DNA of 64,000 bases from Halobacteriovoraceae bacterium (lineage in GTDB: Bacteria; Bdellovibrionota; Bacteriovoracia; Bacteriovoracales; Bacteriovoracaceae). The translations under genes were made by a program, and so were the position numbers. The stretch lies in contig PASP01000003.1 of the NCBI GenBank assembly GCA_002712005.1, forward strand, positions 59,383 to 123,382, written 5' to 3'. Shown piece by piece: positions 18,117-26,207 of this stretch; the first letter of the stretch is position 1, and every line of letters starts with the position of its first letter. The notes under the pieces are model-generated. The model ran no database searches and was not told the DNA's origin. It saw nothing but the letters and a program-made list of their open reading frames with translations.

Positions 18117-19154
18117 ATGTTACCTTCTGTTATTTCTCATATCGAACACAGATCATTAAACCTTTCTTTAAATTGGCCAAAAAAGCTTAATGTCTTAAAT
18201 GATAATATTATTAGTGAGCTTAAGAATGCCTTAGATAAAGCTCAGGAGGATTCGTCAATTGATAGAGTTTTTATAACAGGAGAAGGAGATAAGGGGTTCT
18301 GTGCCGGTGGTGATGTCGTCAATGTCATTCAATCATTTAAAGAAGGAAAATATAGTGATCCTGGGCATTTCTTTAAAGAAGAATATGCAGTTGACTTAAA
18401 AATTCATGAGTTCACAAAGCCTATCATTGCTCTATGCCATGGCATTATAATTGGTGGGGGATTAGGTCTGGTTAACGGAGCGACAGTAAGAGTTTTTAGT
18501 CCAGATGCTCTCGTTTCTATGCCTGAGATAACGATTGGTTTCTTTCCAGATGTAGGTGCGAGTTTCTTTCTTAATCAATTAGAGAGAAAGTGGTCACTCT
18601 TTCTGGCCCTTACAGGCGCTCGTCTTGATGCATCTATGGCCCATCATTTTAAATTATGTGATTTTATTATTGATAAAGAAGATTGGAATGAGATCAAGAG
18701 ATCTTCAGGCCATGAAGAGCTTCTTTCGTTGTGTAAAATGAAAGACCTATCTTCAAGTATGAGAAATTTTGATGAATCAGAATTTAGAGATCTTGATATT
18801 ATTGACTCCATGTTAACAATTGAAGAGTTTGATCATTGGGCCAAGAATTATATTCAAACTCCTAACGCTCATCCTTGGATAGTGAACTCTTTGAAAACTT
18901 ATCTCTCTGGTTCTCCGTATTCTGCAAAAATCATTTGGAATTATTTTCTATGGGCGAGAAATAAGACTTTGAAAGAATGTTTTGCTATGGATTATCGAAT
19001 CGGTAGCTTTATTCTTCAAAATGGTGATTTCTCTGAAGGAGTTAGAGCTCTACTGATGGATAAAGACAAATCTCCTCAGTGGAAATTTAAGTCGGTTGAG
19101 GAGATCAAAGTGGAAGATTGGGAAGAATTAAGATCTTGGTTTTCTTCTTTGTAA
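18117..19154 (+). CDS. Enoyl-CoA hydratase/isomerase family protein, 3-hydroxyisobutyryl-CoA hydrolase-like
   Basis: GEGDKGFCAGGDV, GIIIGGGLGL and MPEITIGFFPDVGASFFL form the ECH_2/HIBCH-type pattern. 345 aa. Confidence 0.85.
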   Translation: MLPSVISHIEHRSLNLSLNWPKKLNVLNDNIISELKNALDKAQEDSSIDRVFITGEGDKGFCAGGDVVNVIQSFKEGKYSDPGHFFKEEYAVDLKIHEFTKPIIALCHGIIIGGGLGLVNGATVRVFSPDALVSMPEITIGFFPDVGASFFLNQLERKWSLFLALTGARLDASMAHHFKLCDFIIDKEDWNEIKRSSGHEELLSLCKMKDLSSSMRNFDESEFRDLDIIDSMLTIEEFDHWAKNYIQTPNAHPWIVNSLKTYLSGSPYSAKIIWNYFLWARNKTLKECFAMDYRIGSFILQNGDFSEGVRALLMDKDKSPQWKFKSVEEIKVEDWEELRSWFSSL

Positions 19155-19952
19155 GTAGACTTTGATTTCAGGGTCTTCAACGAAAGTATCATCGGAAACA
19201 CTAAAAGAAATAAAGTCATTCTTTCTAAATAGCCTTCTTAGGGCATAGATATCGAGTCTGAATAATTTACCCAAATCAAAGGTATGATCTTTGACGATCC
19301 AGAGATCATCCTCAATTTGATGGGCCCGTAGAAGATTTGTAAATTGGTTGTCGACGATATGATCATCATTATCACCATTCCAAAATTTTGGATTTTTAAC
19401 AATAAACTTGTCATCATCCTTACCAAGTTCACCTGAGCACATTTTGATATTATGCATGCATAAGAGTTCATCTCTTTTTTTAATGGCCAGTGAGTAGAAG
19501 CTAGAAGTGAATTCGATGTGAGTAATTTCCCATAACTCTTTGGGATAGTTCTTATTTAAATCATCGGTTTGGTAGCCAAATATCACTTGAGAATTCCAAA
19601 TGCATTTTGAAGGTAAGGCCGGATGACATTTTCTAGAATCACTTATTTGGCCAAGTTGCATAGGATCAATCATTTTTCGATAAACGAGTATGACATCATC
19701 AGGATTGACGTCACTAGGTGAGATTCGCTGCACGGCCTGAGTGGGACCTGTTGGGGGTGTGCTCGGAGGTTCTGGCTGACTTGGGTCGGTGGGGACAGGA
19801 CCTGTATCTCTATCTGGTTCAGGTTTTAAATCGTCAGTATTTCTGATGGCATCATCAGGGATAGGTGGAATATCTCCACCTTTATTACAAGAGCTGAGAT
19901 TACTTAGGGCGATTATGGCCATCAATAGGGCAACAGAGATTAGATTTTTCAT
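19128..19952 (-). CDS. Hypothetical lipoprotein with a Pro-rich linker
   Basis: Lipobox LSNLSSC, then a Pro/Asp/Thr-rich segment (PEPDRDTGPVPTDPSQPEPPSTPPTGP), then about 190 aa with no recognised domain. Its 3' end overlaps the convergent ECH gene by 27 nt. Confidence 0.6.
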   Translation of the reverse strand: MKNLISVALLMAIIALSNLSSCNKGGDIPPIPDDAIRNTDDLKPEPDRDTGPVPTDPSQPEPPSTPPTGPTQAVQRISPSDVNPDDVILVYRKMIDPMQLGQISDSRKCHPALPSKCIWNSQVIFGYQTDDLNKNYPKELWEITHIEFTSSFYSLAIKKRDELLCMHNIKMCSGELGKDDDKFIVKNPKFWNGDNDDHIVDNQFTNLLRAHQIEDDLWIVKDHTFDLGKLFRLDIYALRRLFRKNDFISFSVSDDTFVEDPEIKVYLQRRKPRS

Positions 19953-20023
19953 TCTTTAAAGTATCTCTAGAATCTTGCTCTTTATCAAGATTTACGCGCT
20001 GCGGTAAATAATTCTTAATGAAG

Positions 20024-20049
20024 GCCTGACTTAAGTGCTTAAGTCAGGC
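20024..20049 (-). terminator. Candidate terminator hairpin downstream of the Lys-rich gene
   Basis: Perfect palindrome GCCTGACTTAAG-TG-CTTAAGTCAGGC, 25 nt past the stop at 20075. The U-tract in the minus orientation is poor. Confidence 0.45.
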
Positions 20050-20074
20050 ATTGGTCCCTGCTGATGGGCTGGGA

Positions 20075-20836
20075 TTACTTAGAGGTCTTTTTTGTTGCTT
20101 TCTTTGCAGTTTTCTTTGCAGTTTTTTTGGCCGCTTTCTTTGTTGTTTTCTTTGCAGTTTTTTTGGCCGCTTTTTTTGTTGTTTTGTTTGCAGCTTTTTT
20201 AGTCGTTTTCTTTGTAGCTTTCTTGGACGTTTTCTTTGTTACTGTGTCGGTTGTTTTTTTTGTCGTTTTCTTTGCTGTTTTCTTTGCCGCCTTCTCTGCG
20301 GTTTTCTTTGCTACTTTCTTTGTTGCTTTCTTTGTAGCTTTCTTGGTCGACTTTTTGGGATCTTTCTTTAGGGAATCACTTTCGTCTTTTGACTTAGGGG
20401 AGGAAGAGGCTTTCTTCTTCTTAGTTGCAAGTCCACTTTTGACCTGATCGACGACGGCCTTGGTATTCTTTCTTACGGTTTCCGTTTCGTTTTCCCACTG
20501 CTTGGCCCTATTTTTTAATTTTTCTGTGACTTCTTTAACTTTATGATGATTGGCCACTCTTTTGGTTGTTTTTTGAATGGTTTCACCAGCGGTTCCGAGC
20601 AGTGCGTTGTACTCTTGTACCAATTGAGCATAGAATCCAGAAATGACTTTCTTTGAAATATTGATTTTATCGTATTTATCATGAAAGACTTTTTTGAGCT
20701 CTGAATATCTCTTCTCGTTGAGTTCTTTTATATCTTCCAGTAACGCCAAACACTTTTCACGGAAATCGATCTTTTGCTTCTTCTTTTTTGCGTCTTTCTT
20801 TTCTTTTTTCTTCTTTAGAAAATCTGCTAGTGACAT
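20075..20836 (-). CDS. Histone-H1/AlgP-like Lys-Ala-Thr repeat protein with a helical N-terminal domain
   Basis: 253 aa. About 140 N-terminal residues are predicted helical. About 105 C-terminal residues consist almost entirely of KKxxKK repeats (TAKKTTKKAAKKTAKKTAKKATKK...). AAGGTAAG RBS. Confidence 0.75.
   Translation of the reverse strand: MSLADFLKKKKEKKDAKKKKQKIDFREKCLALLEDIKELNEKRYSELKKVFHDKYDKINISKKVISGFYAQLVQEYNALLGTAGETIQKTTKRVANHHKVKEVTEKLKNRAKQWENETETVRKNTKAVVDQVKSGLATKKKKASSSPKSKDESDSLKKDPKKSTKKATKKATKKVAKKTAEKAAKKTAKKTTKKTTDTVTKKTSKKATKKTTKKAANKTTKKAAKKTAKKTTKKAAKKTAKKTAKKATKKTSK
20112..20183. repeat. Two tandem 36-bp coding repeats (35/36 identical) inside the Lys-rich tail
   Basis: TTCTTTGCAGTTTTTTTGGCCGCTTTCTTTGTTGTT (20112-20147) is repeated at 20148-20183 with one mismatch. 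Looser copies extend across about 20080-20350. Confidence 0.85.
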
Positions 20837-20995
20837 AATCTTACCTTGATTAGAGTTTCTCTTCTATTTTAAAGAAATTTCTTTGATATTAATAGGTAAA
20901 TTTAGGGTGGTCAAAGTTATGAATATCACGCAATATAGAGCCTTATCCTATCTTTTAGATAAAGATGAATATCACCAGCAATTTGGAGTTTAAGA

Positions 20996-21985
20996 ATGAA
21001 GAAATATCATATTTATGGAATGGGCAACGCACTTGTGGATATGGAAATTGAAGTTTCCAATGAATTTATTACGGAGACTAAGATTGAAAAATGTCTAATG
21101 ATTCTTGTTGATGAAAATAGACAGGCCGAAGTTCTTAAAAAAGTAGGCTCTCATCATAAGCGTGCTTGCGGGGGATCAGCGGCAAATACAATTATTGGAG
21201 CCAGACAATTAGGAGCTCGAACATTCTATTCTTGTAAAGTGGCCAATGATGAAACCGGTGAATTCTATTTCTCAGACTTAGTAAAAGAAGGTGTCCAAAC
21301 TAACCTACATGGTGAAAGGGAAGCTGGAGTAACGGGTAAGTGTATGGTCTTTGTTACTCCTGATGCGGAACGTTCCATGGAGACTTACCTTGGGATTACG
21401 GCAACATTTAGTGAAGAACAGCTTGAATGGGATGAACTTAAAGATTCCGAATATCTCTATATTGAAGGTTATCTTGTTACTGGTGATAGTGCGAAGAATG
21501 CGGCAATTAAAGCTAGAAGGTTTGCCCGTGACAATGGTGTAAAAGTTGCTTTTACTTTTTCTGATCCGGGTATTGTTGCTCATTTTAAAGACGGACTAGC
21601 TGAAATTATGGGTGATAAAATTGATCTTCTCTTTTGTAATGAAGGGGAGGCCATGGCCTTTACAGGTAAGGAAGATATCAATGAGGCCATGACTGAGTTA
21701 GCAAAGGTATCTCATCAGGTGGCCATTACTCAAGGTCCTAGAGGCGCCCTTCTTTGGGATGGTAACAAAGAAATCGATATCGTTACTAAAAAGGTTGAAG
21801 CTGTTGATACAAATGGAGCTGGAGATCTCTTTGCGGGAGCGTTTATGTTTGCTCTAACTCATGGTCACAGTTTTTCGGAAGCTGGAAAACTTGCCTGTGC
21901 TTGCTCATCTGAACTGGTTACTCAATTTGGACCTCGATTAAAAGCCGAGCAAGTAAAAGAAATTTATAAGTCAATTATCGAGTAA
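20996..21985 (+). CDS. PfkB-family carbohydrate/nucleoside kinase (adenosine-kinase-like)
   Basis: GMGNALVDME, CGGSAANT and DTNGAGDLFAGAF are PfkB signatures. Confidence 0.85.
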   Translation: MKKYHIYGMGNALVDMEIEVSNEFITETKIEKCLMILVDENRQAEVLKKVGSHHKRACGGSAANTIIGARQLGARTFYSCKVANDETGEFYFSDLVKEGVQTNLHGEREAGVTGKCMVFVTPDAERSMETYLGITATFSEEQLEWDELKDSEYLYIEGYLVTGDSAKNAAIKARRFARDNGVKVAFTFSDPGIVAHFKDGLAEIMGDKIDLLFCNEGEAMAFTGKEDINEAMTELAKVSHQVAITQGPRGALLWDGNKEIDIVTKKVEAVDTNGAGDLFAGAFMFALTHGHSFSEAGKLACACSSELVTQFGPRLKAEQVKEIYKSIIE

Positions 21986-21995
21986 AGGAATTTTC

Positions 21996-23414
21996 ATGCG
22001 TATTACAATTAAGTCTCTCTTTGAGCAGTCTTCTGATTATATTGGTAAGAAAGCAAAAGTGGCGGGATGGGTTCGCTCTGTTAGAAACTCAAAGGCCTTC
22101 TCATTCATTGTTTTAAATGATGGTTCATGCCAGAAAGTTCTTCAAATCGTTGCTGATGAAAAAATTGAAGATTACACCAAAGTAACGGAATTATTGATTG
22201 GTAGTTGTATTGAAGTTGAAGGGGATATTGTTGAATCTCAGGGAAAAGGCCAATCTATTGAGATGCAAGCTTTAACTGTACATGTGTATGGGAAAACAGA
22301 CTCTTCTTATCCTCTCCAGAAGAAAGCTACGAGTCTTGAATTTTTAAGAGAACAAGCTCATCTAAGGCCGCGTACAAATCTCTTTGGTGCTGTATTTCGA
22401 GTGAGACACCAATTGGCCATGGCCACTCATAAGTTCTTCTCTGATAGAGGATTTTATTATTTGAATAGTCCAATCCTCACTGCAGTTGACGCAGAAGGGG
22501 CTGGTGAAATGTTCAATGTTACCAATATGGATATGGCGAATCTTCCCAAGCATAAAGATGGTTCAGTAGACTTCTCACAAGATTATTTTGGAAAACAAAC
22601 GAGTCTCTGTGTTACGGGTCAACTTGAAGGTGAGTGCTTTGCTATGGGAATGGGTTCCGTTTACACCTTTGGACCTACTTTTAGAGCAGAGAACTCTAAT
22701 ACACCTAGACATTTAAGTGAATTTTGGATGATTGAACCAGAGGTTGCTTTTATGGATCTAGAAGGTAATGCTCAACTGGCCAGTGATTACGTAAAGTATC
22801 TTATTTCCTATGCCTTTGAACATGCTCCTGATGAATTGGAAGCTCTTCAGAAATACCACCAATTTTCTGCTAAGCAGGCCAAAGAGCCTTATGAAAATCA
22901 TCTAGAGACATTAGAAAAAGTTAAGGATTCAGAATTTAAAGTTATTACTTACACTGAGGCCATTGATATTCTTTCTAAATCTAATCAGAAATTTGAATTC
23001 AAACCTGAATGGGGGGTTGAATTGCAAACAGAACATGAGAGATATTTGGCAGAAGAATATTTCAAAGGTCCTGTGACAGTTACTGATTATCCCGCTGATT
23101 GTAAGGCCTTCTATATGAAACAGAATGATGATGGCAAAACAGTAAGGGCCATGGATGTTCTTGTTCCAGGTGTAGGGGAAATCATTGGTGGATCTCAGAG
23201 AGAAGAAGATATTTCTAAATTGATCGCTAAGATGGATGCCTTAGGAATGGATAAAGATCCTCTATGGTGGTATCTCGATTTGAGAAAATTTGGAACAGCT
23301 CCCCATAGTGGCTTTGGATTAGGTTTTGAAAGGGCCATTCGCTATATTACGGGTATGAAGAATATTAGAGATGTTATTCCATTTCCTCGTACACCGAATA
23401 GTTGTGACTTTTAA
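21996..23414 (+). CDS. asnS: Asparagine--tRNA ligase
   Basis: N-terminal OB fold, FRAENSNTPRHLSEFWMIEPE, GGSQREE and APHSGFGLGFER. 472 aa. Confidence 0.96.
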   Translation: MRITIKSLFEQSSDYIGKKAKVAGWVRSVRNSKAFSFIVLNDGSCQKVLQIVADEKIEDYTKVTELLIGSCIEVEGDIVESQGKGQSIEMQALTVHVYGKTDSSYPLQKKATSLEFLREQAHLRPRTNLFGAVFRVRHQLAMATHKFFSDRGFYYLNSPILTAVDAEGAGEMFNVTNMDMANLPKHKDGSVDFSQDYFGKQTSLCVTGQLEGECFAMGMGSVYTFGPTFRAENSNTPRHLSEFWMIEPEVAFMDLEGNAQLASDYVKYLISYAFEHAPDELEALQKYHQFSAKQAKEPYENHLETLEKVKDSEFKVITYTEAIDILSKSNQKFEFKPEWGVELQTEHERYLAEEYFKGPVTVTDYPADCKAFYMKQNDDGKTVRAMDVLVPGVGEIIGGSQREEDISKLIAKMDALGMDKDPLWWYLDLRKFGTAPHSGFGLGFERAIRYITGMKNIRDVIPFPRTPNSCDF

Positions 23415-23420
23415 GAGATA

Positions 23421-23448
23421 AAAAAGGGGATCAGAGATCCCCTTTTTT
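23421..23448. terminator. Bidirectional rho-independent terminator between asnS and the TSP1 gene
   Basis: AAAAA-GGGGATC-AGA-GATCCCC-TTTTTT. Confidence 0.9.
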
Positions 23449-23450
23449 AT

Positions 23451-24851
23451 TTAATCAATATATCGACATCCTGAAGCTTTAACTTCGTGTCCGTAATTGG
23501 TTGTCCATAGGAGTCCGTTTGTCCCACGGCCTTCTTTTCCTTCTATCTGTCCATGTTGAGAGGAACTTGATTTGGCAGCAATTCGAACGCTTCTATGCAC
23601 GACTGTATCAATAATTTCGTAATCCCTATTAACCCCTCTAGAACTAATAAGAGTAACGTCACACTCTATAGGTGCTGGGTAAGGATTGGCCGTAACGACC
23701 CTATAGTAGGCGGTAAAACCTTTGCTTAGAAGTCGATCATCTCTATTGAGGATATCGACATTTGTACTTTTAAAGCGCATCCAGTCGTGATCGATGGCCG
23801 GTCTTCTACCTGGACGTCTTGGATGATCGGGATGACGTGGATGACGTGGATGACGAGGATGACGTGGATCTGTTGGGTAGTCATCGTGACGACAGTCATG
23901 GCTATTGCAGGCCCTCATTTGAACAGCATCACCATCACAACGATCACTTAAACATTGACGATATCTTCTTTGAACTCCGCCGCCACATGAACGGGTACAT
24001 TGTCCCCATGAACTCCATCTCCCCCATCTCGTATCTGGAATACGAGGAGGATGAGGATAGTGGTCGTCATCATCGCCAATGTCATCATCATCATTTCTAC
24101 GGTTTTGTTCACACTCTGCTAGAGGTTTTGATTCAATTCTTATCGTTCTTCCTGTTGAATGAGACTTCATTTCCATTCTAACGGTAGTATAGTCATTGGA
24201 ATCTCTAGTAAAAATAACTCTTGAGCCCTTCACTTTTACAAGCTCTATGACTTGATCGTTATAGAAGAATTGATAGTCGAAGCTATTTGAAATTTCATCA
24301 AAGTTGATGAGTTGATTATTGTAGAGAAAGCTCACACTAATCAGACATTTTTGAAAACTATCCGTACATTGGGGAATGGGTGCTTGGTTAACAAGAGAAA
24401 TTCTATACTCAATTTCTTCGTAACGAGGAAAGTAGAGACCGCCCTCTTGAGTATAGAGAAGTTCAGGCCTAGTAACTGTTACTAAGAAAGAATTAGTGGA
24501 AAGTTTTTCTAAGCGAAAAGCCTGAGAAGGAAAGAGTTCGAGGGCATAGTCTGCTGTTCCACTGATGGACATCTCATAGCTTGAGCCATAGAGAGTTTCA
24601 GGAGTTGAACCCATGATATCGGCAGTTAACTCTGTGATGCCTTGAAGTTCAATATCAAGGAGAGCATTTCTTCTTTCCCTTTGAGCGGCACGACATTGAG
24701 AGTAATCGGGATTAGGACTTGGGTCATGGGGTGTGGGAACGTGATCATCTCCTGGAGGATATCCAGGGTAGTCCGGATAATCAGGATAATTATCAGAGGC
24801 GTATAAATTCGCCGTATTCAAAAATAATAATACTAACAGAATAAGTTTCAC
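23451..24851 (-). CDS. Secreted protein containing a thrombospondin type-1 repeat (TSP1/TSR)
   Basis: GTG start with AAGGAG upstream and signal peptide MKLILLVLLFLNTANLYA. Residues about 276-320 read WGRWSSWGQCTRSCGGGVQRRYRQCLSDRCDGDAVQMRACNSHDC (WxxWxxW...CxxxCGGG...R.R.C, the TSR pattern). This is flanked by DDDDIGDDDD and HPRHPRHPRHPDHPRRP. Confidence 0.8.
   Translation of the reverse strand: MKLILLVLLFLNTANLYASDNYPDYPDYPGYPPGDDHVPTPHDPSPNPDYSQCRAAQRERRNALLDIELQGITELTADIMGSTPETLYGSSYEMSISGTADYALELFPSQAFRLEKLSTNSFLVTVTRPELLYTQEGGLYFPRYEEIEYRISLVNQAPIPQCTDSFQKCLISVSFLYNNQLINFDEISNSFDYQFFYNDQVIELVKVKGSRVIFTRDSNDYTTVRMEMKSHSTGRTIRIESKPLAECEQNRRNDDDDIGDDDDHYPHPPRIPDTRWGRWSSWGQCTRSCGGGVQRRYRQCLSDRCDGDAVQMRACNSHDCRHDDYPTDPRHPRHPRHPRHPDHPRRPGRRPAIDHDWMRFKSTNVDILNRDDRLLSKGFTAYYRVVTANPYPAPIECDVTLISSRGVNRDYEIIDTVVHRSVRIAAKSSSSQHGQIEGKEGRGTNGLLWTTNYGHEVKASGCRYID
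23821..23865. repeat. Five tandem 9-bp coding repeats (GGATGACGT-like) encoding the His-Pro-Arg repeats
   Basis: GGATGATCG GGATGACGT GGATGACGT GGATGACGA GGATGACGT, read directly from the sequence. Confidence 0.85.
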
Positions 24852-25123
24852 TGTGACTCCTTATGTTAACCCTTAATTTTGCATCTCATCACTATCAATC
24901 TTGTGACCCTAATGGCAAATTTTTAACAGTAAATTTTCTTGGATAGACAAAAGAAAGGGTGAGACATGAATGCGCATTGCGTTTCTCAGTGGCATTTTGC
25001 GATGCATATAAGTAGGTGTGAAAAAGAAATGACAATTTCCGATTTTTTTAGTCTTATATCTCTACACAACACCACTATTTGCTGCATTAGGCTATGCAGA
25101 ATACACGGCAATGAGGAGACACT

Positions 25124-26173
25124 ATGGAGCATGAAGTAATTCATGAAACAATCAAATTAGATGATATAAAAATGGAGAACCCGTACCTGCGTTTAGGTAC
25201 CGATGTAGAGACTCTTGAAAAGAGTATCCAAACTGTTGGACTAATTTCTCCACTTATCGTGAATCAAAATAATGTTCTTCTTGCAGGGGCAAGAAGATGG
25301 CAAGCTTTGAAGAACTTAGGCTTTGACGATGTTCAAGTCATTCGTGTGGAAAAGGATTCCTTACATCAAGAGCTTATTTCAATTGATGAAAACTTAGTCA
25401 GGAAATCTCTTTCCACCCCAGAAATGGAAAAGCAACTCTTGCGTACTAAAGAAATTTATCGTGACTTGGCCGATCAAGATGAAGACTTCAAAAAACAATT
25501 AATGGACAAGTACAATATGTTCAAAAGCCTTGAGGAAGAAGAAGTTTCTCAAGAGAATCCACGTAAGAAGAATGAAGAACCAATTGATGAGAATGATATA
25601 GATCAGGTGACTAGCGTTGTTTTCGCAAAGGAAGTTTCTGAAAAGTCGGGGATGTCTGAAAATCAAATTAAGAAGGCCATGGAACGTGAGCAAAAGTCTT
25701 CGCCGATAATCAAAGAAGCAAGAAATCGTGGTGAACTTTCTGTATCTCAAACGAATGAGTTAATCCGTCTTAAAGAAGATGAGCAGGAAGCTCTTATTGA
25801 GCATGTAAGTGACCGCACTGTGAGTGAATTACGAAAATTGGTAAAAGATGTTAAAGCTCAAGGTGTAGATGAAGCTCTTCGTTTAAATGAAAAAGCACCC
25901 CATGCTAGAGAGTTTAATGAGCTTCTAAAACTTCTTAAAAAAGCCAGAAAAATAACGGAAACCTTGTCTTACGAGCATGTAGAACTCTCGGGTCCTATTC
26001 GTAAAGATATGGAAAAGTTCTGGGATGAACTTCAGGGACATATGAATAAAATTATGGGACTAAGCACTGGAGCAAGTCTTATGGGTAACGAAGGTGAGGG
26101 AGAAGATCCTTACCATCCCGAATATATGAACTCATCGCCGGATCATTCGAGTACCGAAACAATAAATCAATAA
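25124..26173 (+). CDS. ParB/sulfiredoxin-fold (ParB N-terminal domain) protein, orphan (no ParA)
   Basis: ENPYLRLGTDVETLEKSIQTVGLISPLIVNQNNVLLAGARRWQALKNLG (GxRR box) and IDENLVRKSLSTPEMEKQL (ParB box III-like). The remaining about 230 aa are helical/acidic with no recognised domain. GAGGAG RBS. Confidence 0.75.
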   Translation: MEHEVIHETIKLDDIKMENPYLRLGTDVETLEKSIQTVGLISPLIVNQNNVLLAGARRWQALKNLGFDDVQVIRVEKDSLHQELISIDENLVRKSLSTPEMEKQLLRTKEIYRDLADQDEDFKKQLMDKYNMFKSLEEEEVSQENPRKKNEEPIDENDIDQVTSVVFAKEVSEKSGMSENQIKKAMEREQKSSPIIKEARNRGELSVSQTNELIRLKEDEQEALIEHVSDRTVSELRKLVKDVKAQGVDEALRLNEKAPHAREFNELLKLLKKARKITETLSYEHVELSGPIRKDMEKFWDELQGHMNKIMGLSTGASLMGNEGEGEDPYHPEYMNSSPDHSSTETINQ

Positions 26174-26176
26174 AAG

Positions 26177-26202
26177 AAAAGGCCTAGTTACTAGGCCTTT
26201 TT
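26177..26202. terminator. Bidirectional terminator between the ParB-like gene and sbcC
   Basis: AAAA-GGCCTAG-TTA-CTAGGCC-TTTTT. Confidence 0.85.
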
Positions 26203-26207
26203 ATTTT

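Noticed and set aside
20080-20350. Tandem DNA repeats here, at 23821-23865 and at 34687-34716, considered as a CRISPR array, VNTR or regulatory repeats.
   Set aside because: The units are 36, 9 and 15 bp, directly abutting with no spacers. All are in frame inside long ORFs and translate into the KKxx, HPR and EESYQ peptide repeats.
20051-20447. Two plus-strand ORFs encoding Phe/Cys/Val-rich proteins that look like membrane proteins.
   Set aside because: They are the reverse complement of the AAG/AAA-rich lysine repeat. The minus-strand gene has a good RBS and a non-repetitive N-terminal domain.
24966-25136. A Cys/His-rich ORF of about 56 codons (MNAHCVSQWHFAMHISRCEKEM...) in the 272-nt gap upstream of the ParB-like gene, preceded by a GGGTGAGA-like RBS.
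   Set aside because: It is below the track cutoff, overlaps the ParB-like start out of frame, has no recognisable family and shows no codon-usage distinction I can judge by eye. It is most likely non-coding.
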